A program made the position numbers and the translations under genes. A model generated the notes under the pieces. It saw only the letters and a list, made by a program, of their open reading frames with translations. It did no database searches and had not been told where the DNA came from. Source: Chloroflexota bacterium (GTDB taxonomy: Bacteria > Chloroflexota > Limnocylindria > QHBO01). Taken from it: a stretch of DNA of 32,365 bases. Positions 24,080 through 31,806 of the stretch are shown here, one piece after another (the stretch's first letter is position 1; every line of letters begins with the position of its first letter). The stretch spans positions 1 through 32,365 of the forward strand of contig JACCWY010000219.1 in assembly GCA_013697395.1 (NCBI GenBank), in the 5' to 3' direction.

Positions 24080-24336
24080 CGCGCCGCCGTCGCGTCCCGA
24101 TGACGAGGTTGTGTCCGGGCGGCACGAACGGACCGGTTTGTTGGGCCCCTCCGCCGCGCATGTGCCACCGCGGCACGCTTCGGCCAGGATCGGTTGCCCT
24201 GGCGGTTGATCCGGTGGGTTCGTCGGCGGATATGTGCGGCCCACGCATGCCGACGCTAGCGACACGGCCGAATGAGCAGTCTGAATGGCCGATGCGTGCC
24301 GCCCCGGCACATGCGAAGCGCGGCCGATCGTACGGC

Positions 24337-24918
24337 TCAGGGTTGCCGGCCGCGCCACTCGTCGGCCAGGATGGCGTACACCAGCTCGCTGACCCACTCG
24401 CCCTTCACGAACTCGTTCTCACGCAGGTGCGCCTCGCGACGCATGCCGAGCCGCTCCAACACCCGAGACGACCGTGCGTTTCGAGCGTCCAGGCGCCCGA
24501 TGATGCGGTGCAGGTCGAGTTCCTCGAATCCAAGCCGCAGCATCACGGGCGCGGCCTCGGTCGCGTAGCCGTGCCCGTGGTGGTCGGGATGGAGGACGTA
24601 GCCGATCTCGCCCTGCCGATGCTCGCGGCTCGCGCGAAGGAGCGTGACGTGACCGATGAGCCTGCCCGACTGCTTGAGGACCGCGGCGAGGGCGAGGTCG
24701 TCATGATCGTCGGCGATCGCGGTCATGGTCCTGCGACGGTCGAGCAGCGAGCGGGTCGCGTCGAGGTCGAGTGGCCGGTTGTACAGGTAGCGCGCCGTCA
24801 CGTCACGCCGCTCGATGTCGTGGAGATCCTCCAGGTCATCGTCGACGTACGGGCGCAGCAGCAGCCGATCGGTTTCCAGCGGATAGGCCGGGCGCAGCAT
24901 CGGCTCCGTCGTGGTCAT
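24337..24918 (-). CDS. GNAT-family N-acetyltransferase (RimJ/RimL-like)
   Basis: MTTTEPMLRPAYPLETDRLLLRPY.., then ..GEIGYVLHPDHHGHGYATEA.. and ..LDLHRIIGRLDARNARSSRVLERLGMRREAHLRE. The ATG at 24918 overlaps the upstream stop (TGATG). Confidence 0.85.
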   Translation of the reverse strand: MTTTEPMLRPAYPLETDRLLLRPYVDDDLEDLHDIERRDVTARYLYNRPLDLDATRSLLDRRRTMTAIADDHDDLALAAVLKQSGRLIGHVTLLRASREHRQGEIGYVLHPDHHGHGYATEAAPVMLRLGFEELDLHRIIGRLDARNARSSRVLERLGMRREAHLRENEFVKGEWVSELVYAILADEWRGRQP

Positions 24919-26061
24919 CAGTCGCGTCCGTCGGGTCCGCCCACCGCGAGGGCCATCAGGACCGCGGCCACCAGCCCCACGACCGCCGCGATGCCGAACA
25001 TGACGGGCAGACCCCACGCTCCGGCCGCAAATCCGCCCAGGCCCGGGCCCACGATCAATGCCAGGCTGAACACGACCGCCGTCAGGATGCCCTGCGCCGT
25101 CGCTGCCGTGCCGGCCGGCGCGTGGCGAGAGACGTAGGTGACGCCGCCGACGAGCAGCAGCCCGAACCCGGCGCCGTGGAAAAGCATGGTGAGGGCGGCG
25201 AGCACAGGATGGGCAAGGAGCGGGAGGGCCAGCGCTCGAAGGGCGAAGGCCGCCGCGCCAGCGATCAGCAGGCGCCGAGCCCCGAACCTGGCTGCCAGCG
25301 TCGGATAGGCCCACATGATCGGGACCTCGACCATGGCACCCAGCGCCCACGCGGAGCCGACCAGCTCGCCGGGCGCGCCGATGGCCAGCAGGTGGATGGA
25401 GAGAAACGCGTTGATCGCCATCGATGCGGACCACACGCCGAAGGCGGCCAGCAGGAACGACCGGAGGGCGGTATGCCGCAGCACGAGACCGATGCCGGAC
25501 AGCCTCGGGAGGGGAGGCACCAGCCGCCCGGTGCCGCGCAGCAGGAGCGCAACGACGGCGGTGATGACGAGGAGCGGCACATACACCGTGAAGAGGCTTG
25601 CGATCCCGCTGCGCTCGATCAGGAAGCCGGTCACCCACGACGACGACGAACCCGATGGAGCCCCACACCCGCAGGCGGCCGTAGTGCTCGTCATCGCCGC
25701 GCGCGGCTTCGAGGGCGCGGGTGTCGAGCATCGGCGTGATGCCGGCGAGCGCGACCGACGTCGCGATCACAGCCGCCGCGATGGCGACCGGCTGCCGCGC
25801 CAGTGCGAGCGCCAGGGCCGAGACCGCTGCGAGGGTCGCCGCGGCCGGCAGCAGCACGCGCGAGGTGGGGTAGCGGTCGGCCAGCGTGCCCCACAGCGGT
25901 GCGCCGATGAGCCCTACCGCCGCGGCCAGCGAGCTGAGCAGCCCAATCTCCCCGAGGCTCAGCCCGACTGAGCGGTAGTAGACCGGGAGGTAGGGAAACG
26001 AGGCGCCGATCGCCCCGAAGAGCGTGGCGAAGGCCGCGCGTGCCGCGACGGGGGATGACAC
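24918..26061 (-). pseudogene. MFS transporter (MFS_1_like / HcaT-type), frameshifted in a (CGA)4 repeat near 25638-25649
   Basis: The frame of ORF 24337..26061 reads as MFS from MSSPVAARAAFATLFGAIGASFPYLPVYY.. to ..YGRLRVWGSIGFVVV, then becomes Arg/His junk. The frame of ORF 24918..25694 continues WVTGFLIERSGIASLFTVYVPLLV.. through six more TM segments to the stop. Confidence 0.75.
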
Positions 26062-26068
26062 GGCGCAC

Positions 26069-26074
26069 AGCGTA
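26069..26074 (-). promoter_or_regulatory. candidate -10 hexamer TACGCT, 7 nt before GTG 26061 (leaderless geometry)
   Basis: The minus strand reads TACGCT-GTGCGCC-GTG. It overlaps the opposite-strand hexamer by 2 nt. Confidence 0.3.
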
Positions 26075-26078
26075 GACT
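26073..26078 (+). promoter_or_regulatory. candidate -10 hexamer TAGACT, 7 nt before ATG 26086 (leaderless geometry)
   Basis: The sequence reads cgTAGACTgccggcgATGgac. The whole divergent intergenic region is only 24 nt. Confidence 0.3.
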
Positions 26079-26085
26079 GCCGGCG

Positions 26086-26742
26086 ATGGACGCGTGCCGG
26101 GTCATCCTGATCGGGATGATGGGCAGCGGGAAGTCGACGATCGGGCGGCTACTGTCCGAGGCAACCGGCTGGCCGTATGTCGACAACGACGAGCTCGTGC
26201 AGCAAGCGCACGGCAAGACCTCCCGCCAGCTGCTGGCGGTACGAGGCGAAGAGGCGATGCGCGCGGCCGAGTCGCAGGCGCTGAAGCGTGGCCTCGAGGT
26301 CCCCGAGCCGACCATCATTGGCGCGGCGGCGGGCACGATCCTCGATGCCACGAACCGTGAGCGGCTGCGCAACGGAGGCATCGTCGCCTACCTCCGCGCC
26401 GATGCCGCCACGCTCGAGGCGCGCGCCGCCGGTGGAGACCATCGGCCCTGGCTCGACGGCGCTGACAGCTCCTGGATTCGGGAGGCGGTTGAGCGGCGGG
26501 AACCGTTGTACGAATCCGTCGCTGACATCACCGTGGACACCGGCTCCAGCTCCGCCGAGGCCGTGGCCGACGAGCTGGGACGGTGGCTCCTCGATCACGC
26601 CTCGTGCCGCGGTCGCGCCGGCCCCGAGGCCAACCCGGTTGGCCCTGTGACCTGGGAACCGCCGAGTGGTCGGTCGTCCGCCACGTCGGGTAGCCAATTG
26701 ACCGACGAAGAGCCCGATCCCGGCCGTTTGGTCGGCCCTTGA
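26086..26742 (+). CDS. aroK: shikimate kinase family protein (AroK-like) with an atypical motif and a C-terminal extension
   Basis: P-loop GMMGSGKST, YVDNDELV, RPWL and REPLYESVADITVDT parallel E. coli AroK as I recall it. The usual GGG motif reads AAG (IIGAAAGTIL). About 45 extra low-complexity residues sit at the C-terminus. Confidence 0.65.
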   Translation: MDACRVILIGMMGSGKSTIGRLLSEATGWPYVDNDELVQQAHGKTSRQLLAVRGEEAMRAAESQALKRGLEVPEPTIIGAAAGTILDATNRERLRNGGIVAYLRADAATLEARAAGGDHRPWLDGADSSWIREAVERREPLYESVADITVDTGSSSAEAVADELGRWLLDHASCRGRAGPEANPVGPVTWEPPSGRSSATSGSQLTDEEPDPGRLVGP

Positions 26743-26795
26743 GCCCCCTCGCCGGTCACAACGCCAATTCGGTTGGCACTACCAGGGACACCGGA

Positions 26796-27251
26796 TCAGG
26801 AGGCCGAGCGGGACTCCCGCACGGCCGCCATGAAGGCGCCGACGCGCGCCGGATCGACCGGGTTCCAGGTCTGGCCGTCGACCTTGAGGCCGGAGCCGAC
26901 GATGACGCCATCGGCAACCTCCACGAAGCGGCCGATGTTGTCGGCCCGCGCGCCGGTGTTCATGAGCACCGGCACCCGTTCCCCGACGGCCTCCTTCGCC
27001 TCCCGAACGGCGGCGAGGTCGGGCTCGGCGCCGGCCATGGGTCCCGCGATGAGGAGCACGTCGATCAGCGAGGAGGTGACGGCGCTCCGTGCTCGCTGTG
27101 CCACGGACCGTGATCCGAGTGGCGACGCGAACTCGGGCGTGATGTTGGCCATGACCAGCACGTCGTCGGCGTCCAGCAGGCGACGGTAGCGATACAGCTC
27201 GGCCGCGTCGGGCGCCCAGACTCCCATATCGCTCTCGTACGCCCCGGTCAC
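26796..27251 (-). pseudogene. BtpA/SgcQ-family protein, C-terminal half only (remnant or truncated form)
   Basis: From GTG 27251 the protein reads VTGAYESDMGVWAPDAAELYRYRRLL..ASPLG..VLLIAGPMAGAEPDL..VPVLMNTGARADNI..ADGVIVGSGLKVDGQTWNPVDPARV. This matches the second half of BtpA TIM-barrel proteins. The upstream 90 codons of ORF 26796..27521 are Arg-rich and overlap the DUF1761 gene. Confidence 0.55.
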
Positions 27252-27601
27252 GACGGCTCCGGCTTGTTCGGGTCGAAGGTCGCGTCGACCATCGTGTGCA
27301 TGAGCGAGAGTCCGATGCCGACGGTGAGCCCCAGGACGATGCCCTCGACGAGGGTGTCGGTGCCGGTCGCGGACGCCAGCAACCCGACGGCGACCGCCAT
27401 CACGAGGTAGGCGAGCGCCGGGATCGCGTAGGTGGTCGGCTTCATCTGCGGCAGAGTCTTCTCCGGATCCCAGCCGATGGATCGCTGCCAGCGACGCCCG
27501 AGGAAGGCCGGCGCGTACCACAGCGCACCGAGCAGGAAGTAGATGAGCGCGCCGACGATCACGGCGAGCCAGTTCAGCTGGCCCAGAGAGTCGAAGCTCA
27601 C
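27248..27601 (-). CDS. DUF1761-family membrane protein (possibly 3'-truncated)
   Basis: GTG at 27601 with GGAGGAG 8 nt upstream. NWLAVIVGALIYFLLGALWYAPAFLGRRWQRSIGW is the DUF1761 signature as I know it. The protein ends abruptly at ..ATFDPNKPEPS, and its stop overlaps the GTG of the BtpA fragment (GTGA). Confidence 0.65.
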   Translation of the reverse strand: MSFDSLGQLNWLAVIVGALIYFLLGALWYAPAFLGRRWQRSIGWDPEKTLPQMKPTTYAIPALAYLVMAVAVGLLASATGTDTLVEGIVLGLTVGIGLSLMHTMVDATFDPNKPEPS

Positions 27602-27694
27602 GAAACGCTCCTCCGTCTTGTCCGATGCGGTCCGCCCCGCATACAGCCTACGGGTGTGCGCAAGCGCGTGGTCGATCACCTACCGTATCGGGCC

Positions 27695-28793
27695 ATGCCG
27701 GCCAGGAAGGTCCTCACCCGCCGCGACCTGAACCGGTCGCTCCTCGAGCGGCAGATGCTGCTGCGCCGGGTGGATCGTCCGGCGCTCGAGGTCGTCGAGC
27801 GCCTGGTCGGCATGCAGGCGCAGGTCCCAACGGATCCGTACATGGCGCTCTGGTCGCGGATCGAGGGCTTTCAGGCGCACCAGCTGTCGGAGCTGATCGC
27901 CGAGCGGCGGGCGGTTCGCGTGGTCGGACTCATGCGGACGACGATCCACCTCGTCTCCGCCCGTGACGCGCTCGCCATCCGGCCGCTCATGCAACCGGTG
28001 CTCGAGCGGGCGTGGCGCTACAGCCCGTTCTCCCGGCGCCTCGCCGGCGCCGACGTGGACGAGGTCGTCGCGGCCGGGCTCGAGCTGCTGGCCGAGCGGC
28101 CATACGTCGCGACCGAGCTCGGCAAGCGACTCCAGGAGCGCTGGCCGGAGGCCGACGCGAACTCGATGGGCTACGCCATCCGCCACCTGGTGCCGGTCCT
28201 GCAGCCGCCGCCGCGCGGCCTCTGGGGCCAGGGCGGCCTGGCACAGGTCGAGACGATCGAGCGATGGCTCGGCCGTCCGCTGGATTCGAATCCATCCGTC
28301 GACGCGCTGGTGCTGCGCTACCTCGCTGCTTTCGGGCCGGCCACGGCCAAGGACGTCCAGGTCTGGTCGTGGCTGACCGGCATCCGCGAGGTGCTCGAGC
28401 GGCTGCGCCCCCGCCTCCGCACGTTCAGCGACGAGAACGGCCGCGAGCTGTTCGACGTGCCGGACGCGCCCTTCCCGGACCCCGACACGCCCGCTCCGGT
28501 GCGCTTCCTGCCGGAGTACGACAACATCGCGCTCTCGCACGACGACCGGATCCGGCTGATCGACCGAAGATTCAGCGAGGCGATCTGGATGCGCGGCTCG
28601 ATCCTGGTCGACGGCTTCGTGCGCGGAACGTGGTGCATCGACACCAAGCGCAATCAGACCGTCGTCCGGATCGGCCTGTTCGACTCGCTGACCGGCTTCG
28701 ACTGGGCCGAGGTCGAGGCAGGCGGGCCGGCTTGCCGAGTTCCTGGTGCCGGATGCTCGAACGCGCGACATCCGCATGGGCGAGATCGGGTGA
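27695..28793 (+). pseudogene. winged-helix HTH_42 / DUF1006 DNA glycosylase family (AlkZ/YcaQ-like), frameshifted near 28718-28732
   Basis: MPARKVLTRRDLNRSLLERQML.. with Q-A-Q at 27815-27823 (VGMQAQ), then ..FLPEYDNIALSHDDR..ILVDGFVRGTW. After ..FDWAEVEAGG the frame turns to junk. The next frame reads GRLAEFLVPDARTRDIRMGEIG with a stop at 28791-28793, a typical family C-terminus. Confidence 0.75.
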
Positions 28794-28842
28794 CCGGCAC
28801 CGATCCTGCCGCCGGGCAGCGCAGGCAGCAAGGAGAGCACGA

Positions 28843-29235
28843 ATGGCGCAGGCGACACGCGAATTCAAGGTGACCGACTGGAAGGAGGAGAGCTACACCG
28901 AGCTCGAGTCGGGCAAGCTCACCCGAGCGAAGGTGACAGCCGAGTTCAGCGGCGACATTGCCGGCAGCGGCCGCGTCGAATGGCTCATGTGCTATCGCGG
29001 TGACAAGACGGCCGACTACGTCGGTTTCCAGGACATCGAGGCCACGCTCGACGGTCGGCGGGGTGGATTCGTGGTCACCTCGACCGGCACGTTCGACGGC
29101 AAGGTGGCCGAAGGTCCGTGGACAATCGTCGAGGGCTCTGGCCGCGGCGACCTGGCCGGTATCTCCGGCAGCGGCCACTTCAGCGCCCCGCTGGGCGGTG
29201 GTGCGACGTACCGGCTCACGTACGAGCTGACCTGA
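28843..29235 (+). CDS. DUF3224-domain protein
   Basis: ATG at 28843 with AAGGAGAG about 6 nt upstream. ..EFSGDIAGSGRVEWLMCY..GGFVVTSTGTFDG..WTIVEGSGRGDLAGISGSG.. fits the DUF3224 pattern. Confidence 0.75.
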   Translation: MAQATREFKVTDWKEESYTELESGKLTRAKVTAEFSGDIAGSGRVEWLMCYRGDKTADYVGFQDIEATLDGRRGGFVVTSTGTFDGKVAEGPWTIVEGSGRGDLAGISGSGHFSAPLGGGATYRLTYELT

Positions 29236-29328
29236 CCGCGGGGTTTAGACTCGCTGCCATCGCAGGTCCCGACCGAGGAGGAAGGCCGTGCGCTACGGCG
29301 TCATCGCCAACACCCGCTCGAGCGCGCC

Positions 29329-30336
29329 GTGCTTGCGTCCGGGCGAGTTCCGACGCCGCTCATCGACACGTACGCCGCCGCGTTCGGCGAGACGGCCCTC
29401 GTCGCTACCGAACAAGGGCTGTTCGAGGCATTGGCCGATGGGCCGCGCGACGCCGCGGGAGTCGCATCTGAGGCGGGCACCGACATGCGCGCCACCGAGA
29501 AGGTCCTCAATGTCCTGACCTCGATGCGCTACCTCCGCTACGGCCGCGACGGGCGCTACGCGCTGACCGCGCTCGCGCGCCGATTTCTGCTGGCGGACGC
29601 GCCGTCGTCGGTCCGCGATCTGGTGCTCATGCGCCGTCTGGAGCTCGCCTGGATCGATCGTCTCGGCGAATTCCTGCGCTCCGGCGACCCGCTCGACGTG
29701 CACGGGACCATGACTGACGTCGACTGGGGCCTGTACCAGCGGGGCATGCATGCTCAGGCGGCGCTCTCGGCGTCGGAGGCGACGCGGCGCACACCGGTGC
29801 CGAAGGGTGCCCGCGACATGCTCGACATCGGCGGATCGCACGGGTACTTCTCCGTAGCCCTGTGCCGCCGGCACCAGGGATTGCGATCTACCGTGCTCGA
29901 CCTGCCGCAGGCGGTCGAACACGCGGCCCCCATCCTGGCGCGTGAGGGCATGGGAGAACGCGTGGCGCTGCGGGCCGGCGACGCGCTCACCGACGACCTT
30001 GGCACGGACGCTTACGACCTGGTGATCATGTGGAGCCTGGTGCACCACTTCGATGACCCGACCAACCGGTCGCTGGTCGCCAGGATTGCTCGCGCGCTGC
30101 GTCCTGGCGGCGTGCTCGTCATCGGCGAGGCGATCCGTCCGGCGTCACCGGCCAGGGCGGCCCAGTTCAGCAGCTTCTTGGACCTCTATTTCGCGCTGAT
30201 CAGCGAGGCGGGCACCTGGACGTTCGAGGAGATGGCCGAGTGGCAGCGCGCCGCGGGGCTCGTGCCGAGGCGTCCGATCAAGATGGTCATTGCGCAGGGG
30301 ATCGGGATGCAGGCGGCCGCACGGCCGGTCGGCTAG
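29329..30336 (+). CDS. class I SAM-dependent O-methyltransferase (Methyltransf_2/COMT-like, with N-terminal winged-helix dimerisation domain)
   Basis: SAM motif I MLDIGGSHG, acidic loop VLDLP, motif RAGD and LVIMWSLVHHF. The N-terminal GLFEALADGPRDAAGVA is a wHTH-like segment. The GTG start is uncertain. Confidence 0.8.
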   Translation: MLASGRVPTPLIDTYAAAFGETALVATEQGLFEALADGPRDAAGVASEAGTDMRATEKVLNVLTSMRYLRYGRDGRYALTALARRFLLADAPSSVRDLVLMRRLELAWIDRLGEFLRSGDPLDVHGTMTDVDWGLYQRGMHAQAALSASEATRRTPVPKGARDMLDIGGSHGYFSVALCRRHQGLRSTVLDLPQAVEHAAPILAREGMGERVALRAGDALTDDLGTDAYDLVIMWSLVHHFDDPTNRSLVARIARALRPGGVLVIGEAIRPASPARAAQFSSFLDLYFALISEAGTWTFEEMAEWQRAAGLVPRRPIKMVIAQGIGMQAAARPVG

Positions 30337-30345
30337 CGTACGAGG

Positions 30346-31425
30346 GTGCGCGAGGATGTCAGTCGGCGCGCGCTGCCGTGGATCCGGCGACCCGTTCGCG
30401 AGGGCGCCGAGCGTTACCTGCTGGTCACGCTCGTCAGCTTCGCGGGTACCGTCATCGGCACGCGCTGGTTCCTGACGATCACCGGGTTTCCCGAGATCGG
30501 CGGCGGCGACCTGCATATCGCGCACGCCCTGTGGGGCGGGGCCGCCCTGTTCGCCGCGTCGCTCCTGCCCATCCTCCTGGCGGGCCGCTTCGTGTACCTG
30601 CTCTCGTCCTTCCTGGCCGGCGTCGGAATCGGCCTCTTCATCGACGAGGTCGGCAAGTTCATCACTGCGGAGAACGACTATTTCTACCCGGCTGCCGCGC
30701 CGATCATCTACGCCACCTTCCTCCTCGCCGTCCTGGTCTGGCTCCGCGCTCGCGAGCCGCACGACCCCGATCCCCGCAGCCAGCTGCTCACCGCGCTCGA
30801 GCTGTTCGAGGAGTCGGTCGAGGGTGACCTTCAGAAGCGCGAGCGGGACATGCTGCGCGACCGCCTGGCGGTCGCCGCCGCGAAGGCGGCCCAACCGGAG
30901 CAGCGTCGCCTGGCTGCCGACCTGCTCGCCTTCGTCGAGGCAGAGGAGCTCTTCGTCGCGCCGGACCCGGCCGTTCGTTTCGGCGGCCTCCGCGCTCGCC
31001 TGAGCGCCGGGTCGCGGAGCTGGCTTGGCGGACGCGGGCTTCGGATCGTGCTCATCGTCGCGCTCATCCTGACCGGAGTCGGCCAGGTGCTGGCCCTCGT
31101 CGGGATCGGCTCGGAGGTGAGGTTCGATCTCTCGCAGCCGATGAGCCCGTTCACCCTGTTCCAGCTCGGCCACCTCGTGGTCGAGGGTGTTGCCGGCGCG
31201 CTCCTGCTAGCCGGTGGCATCCTGGTCGGGCTGGTCGGCCGGCACCGGCTGGGCTGGACGCTCGCCTATTTCGGCCTGCTGGTGGCGCTGACGCTGGGCG
31301 ACCTGATCAGCTTCTATATCCGGCAATTCGACTCGATCGAGGTCGCTCTCTGGCACCTCGTGCTGCTGGCCGCGGTGGTCGGTTATCGCGTGGAGCTGCG
31401 CACGGAAACCCGGCAGTCACGCTGA
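30346..31425 (+). CDS. integral membrane protein of unknown function
   Basis: 359 aa with about 7 hydrophobic segments separated by a central soluble helical region (..ELFEESVEGDLQKRERDMLRDRLAVAAAKAAQPEQ..). GTG start, 10 nt after the methyltransferase stop. Confidence 0.65.
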   Translation: MREDVSRRALPWIRRPVREGAERYLLVTLVSFAGTVIGTRWFLTITGFPEIGGGDLHIAHALWGGAALFAASLLPILLAGRFVYLLSSFLAGVGIGLFIDEVGKFITAENDYFYPAAAPIIYATFLLAVLVWLRAREPHDPDPRSQLLTALELFEESVEGDLQKRERDMLRDRLAVAAAKAAQPEQRRLAADLLAFVEAEELFVAPDPAVRFGGLRARLSAGSRSWLGGRGLRIVLIVALILTGVGQVLALVGIGSEVRFDLSQPMSPFTLFQLGHLVVEGVAGALLLAGGILVGLVGRHRLGWTLAYFGLLVALTLGDLISFYIRQFDSIEVALWHLVLLAAVVGYRVELRTETRQSR

Positions 31426-31437
31426 GGAGATGGACCG

Positions 31438-31806
31438 ATGAGGATCGCTCGAACATCCGAGACCGCCCTCGAGCCGATGGCGACCGACACGTTTTCCGGC
31501 ACCGTCCGGCGGCGCGACCTCGGACGCATCGAGGCGCTCGAGGGCACCGCGCTGGCCGTCAGCTTCGAGGCCGGTGTGCGCACCCACTGGCACCGCCACA
31601 GCAATGGCCAGGTCCTGTTCGTCATCGAGGGAGCTGGCCGCGTCGGCACGCGTGACGGCCAGGTCGCGGCGATCCACGCCGGCGATCTGGTGGAGGCGCC
31701 GCCGGACGAGGAGCACTGGCACGGCGCGGCGGAGGACGGGTCGGTGACGCACCTGTCCCTCGCCTTCGGGGAGACGCTCTGGCTGGAGCCCGTCAGCGGC
31801 GAGTGA
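31438..31806 (+). CDS. cupin-domain protein
   Basis: Cupin motifs THWHRHSNGQVLFVIEGAG and GDLVEAPPDEEHWHGA. Confidence 0.75.
   Translation: MRIARTSETALEPMATDTFSGTVRRRDLGRIEALEGTALAVSFEAGVRTHWHRHSNGQVLFVIEGAGRVGTRDGQVAAIHAGDLVEAPPDEEHWHGAAEDGSVTHLSLAFGETLWLEPVSGE

Noticed and set aside
17226-24397. Long ORFs 17226..18398 (-), 19690..21612 (+, 640 aa), 22552..24063 (+, 503 aa) and 23147..24397 (-, 416 aa)
   Set aside because: Each overlaps, in antisense or in another frame, genes with strong family signatures (MBL, channel/lipoprotein, HK, RR). Each is Arg/Gly/Asp-rich without motifs.
27252-27521. Full-length reading of ORF 26796..27521 as an intact BtpA gene
   Set aside because: Its first 90 codons are Arg/His/Asp-rich, show no BtpA similarity, and overlap the convincingly hydrophobic DUF1761 frame.
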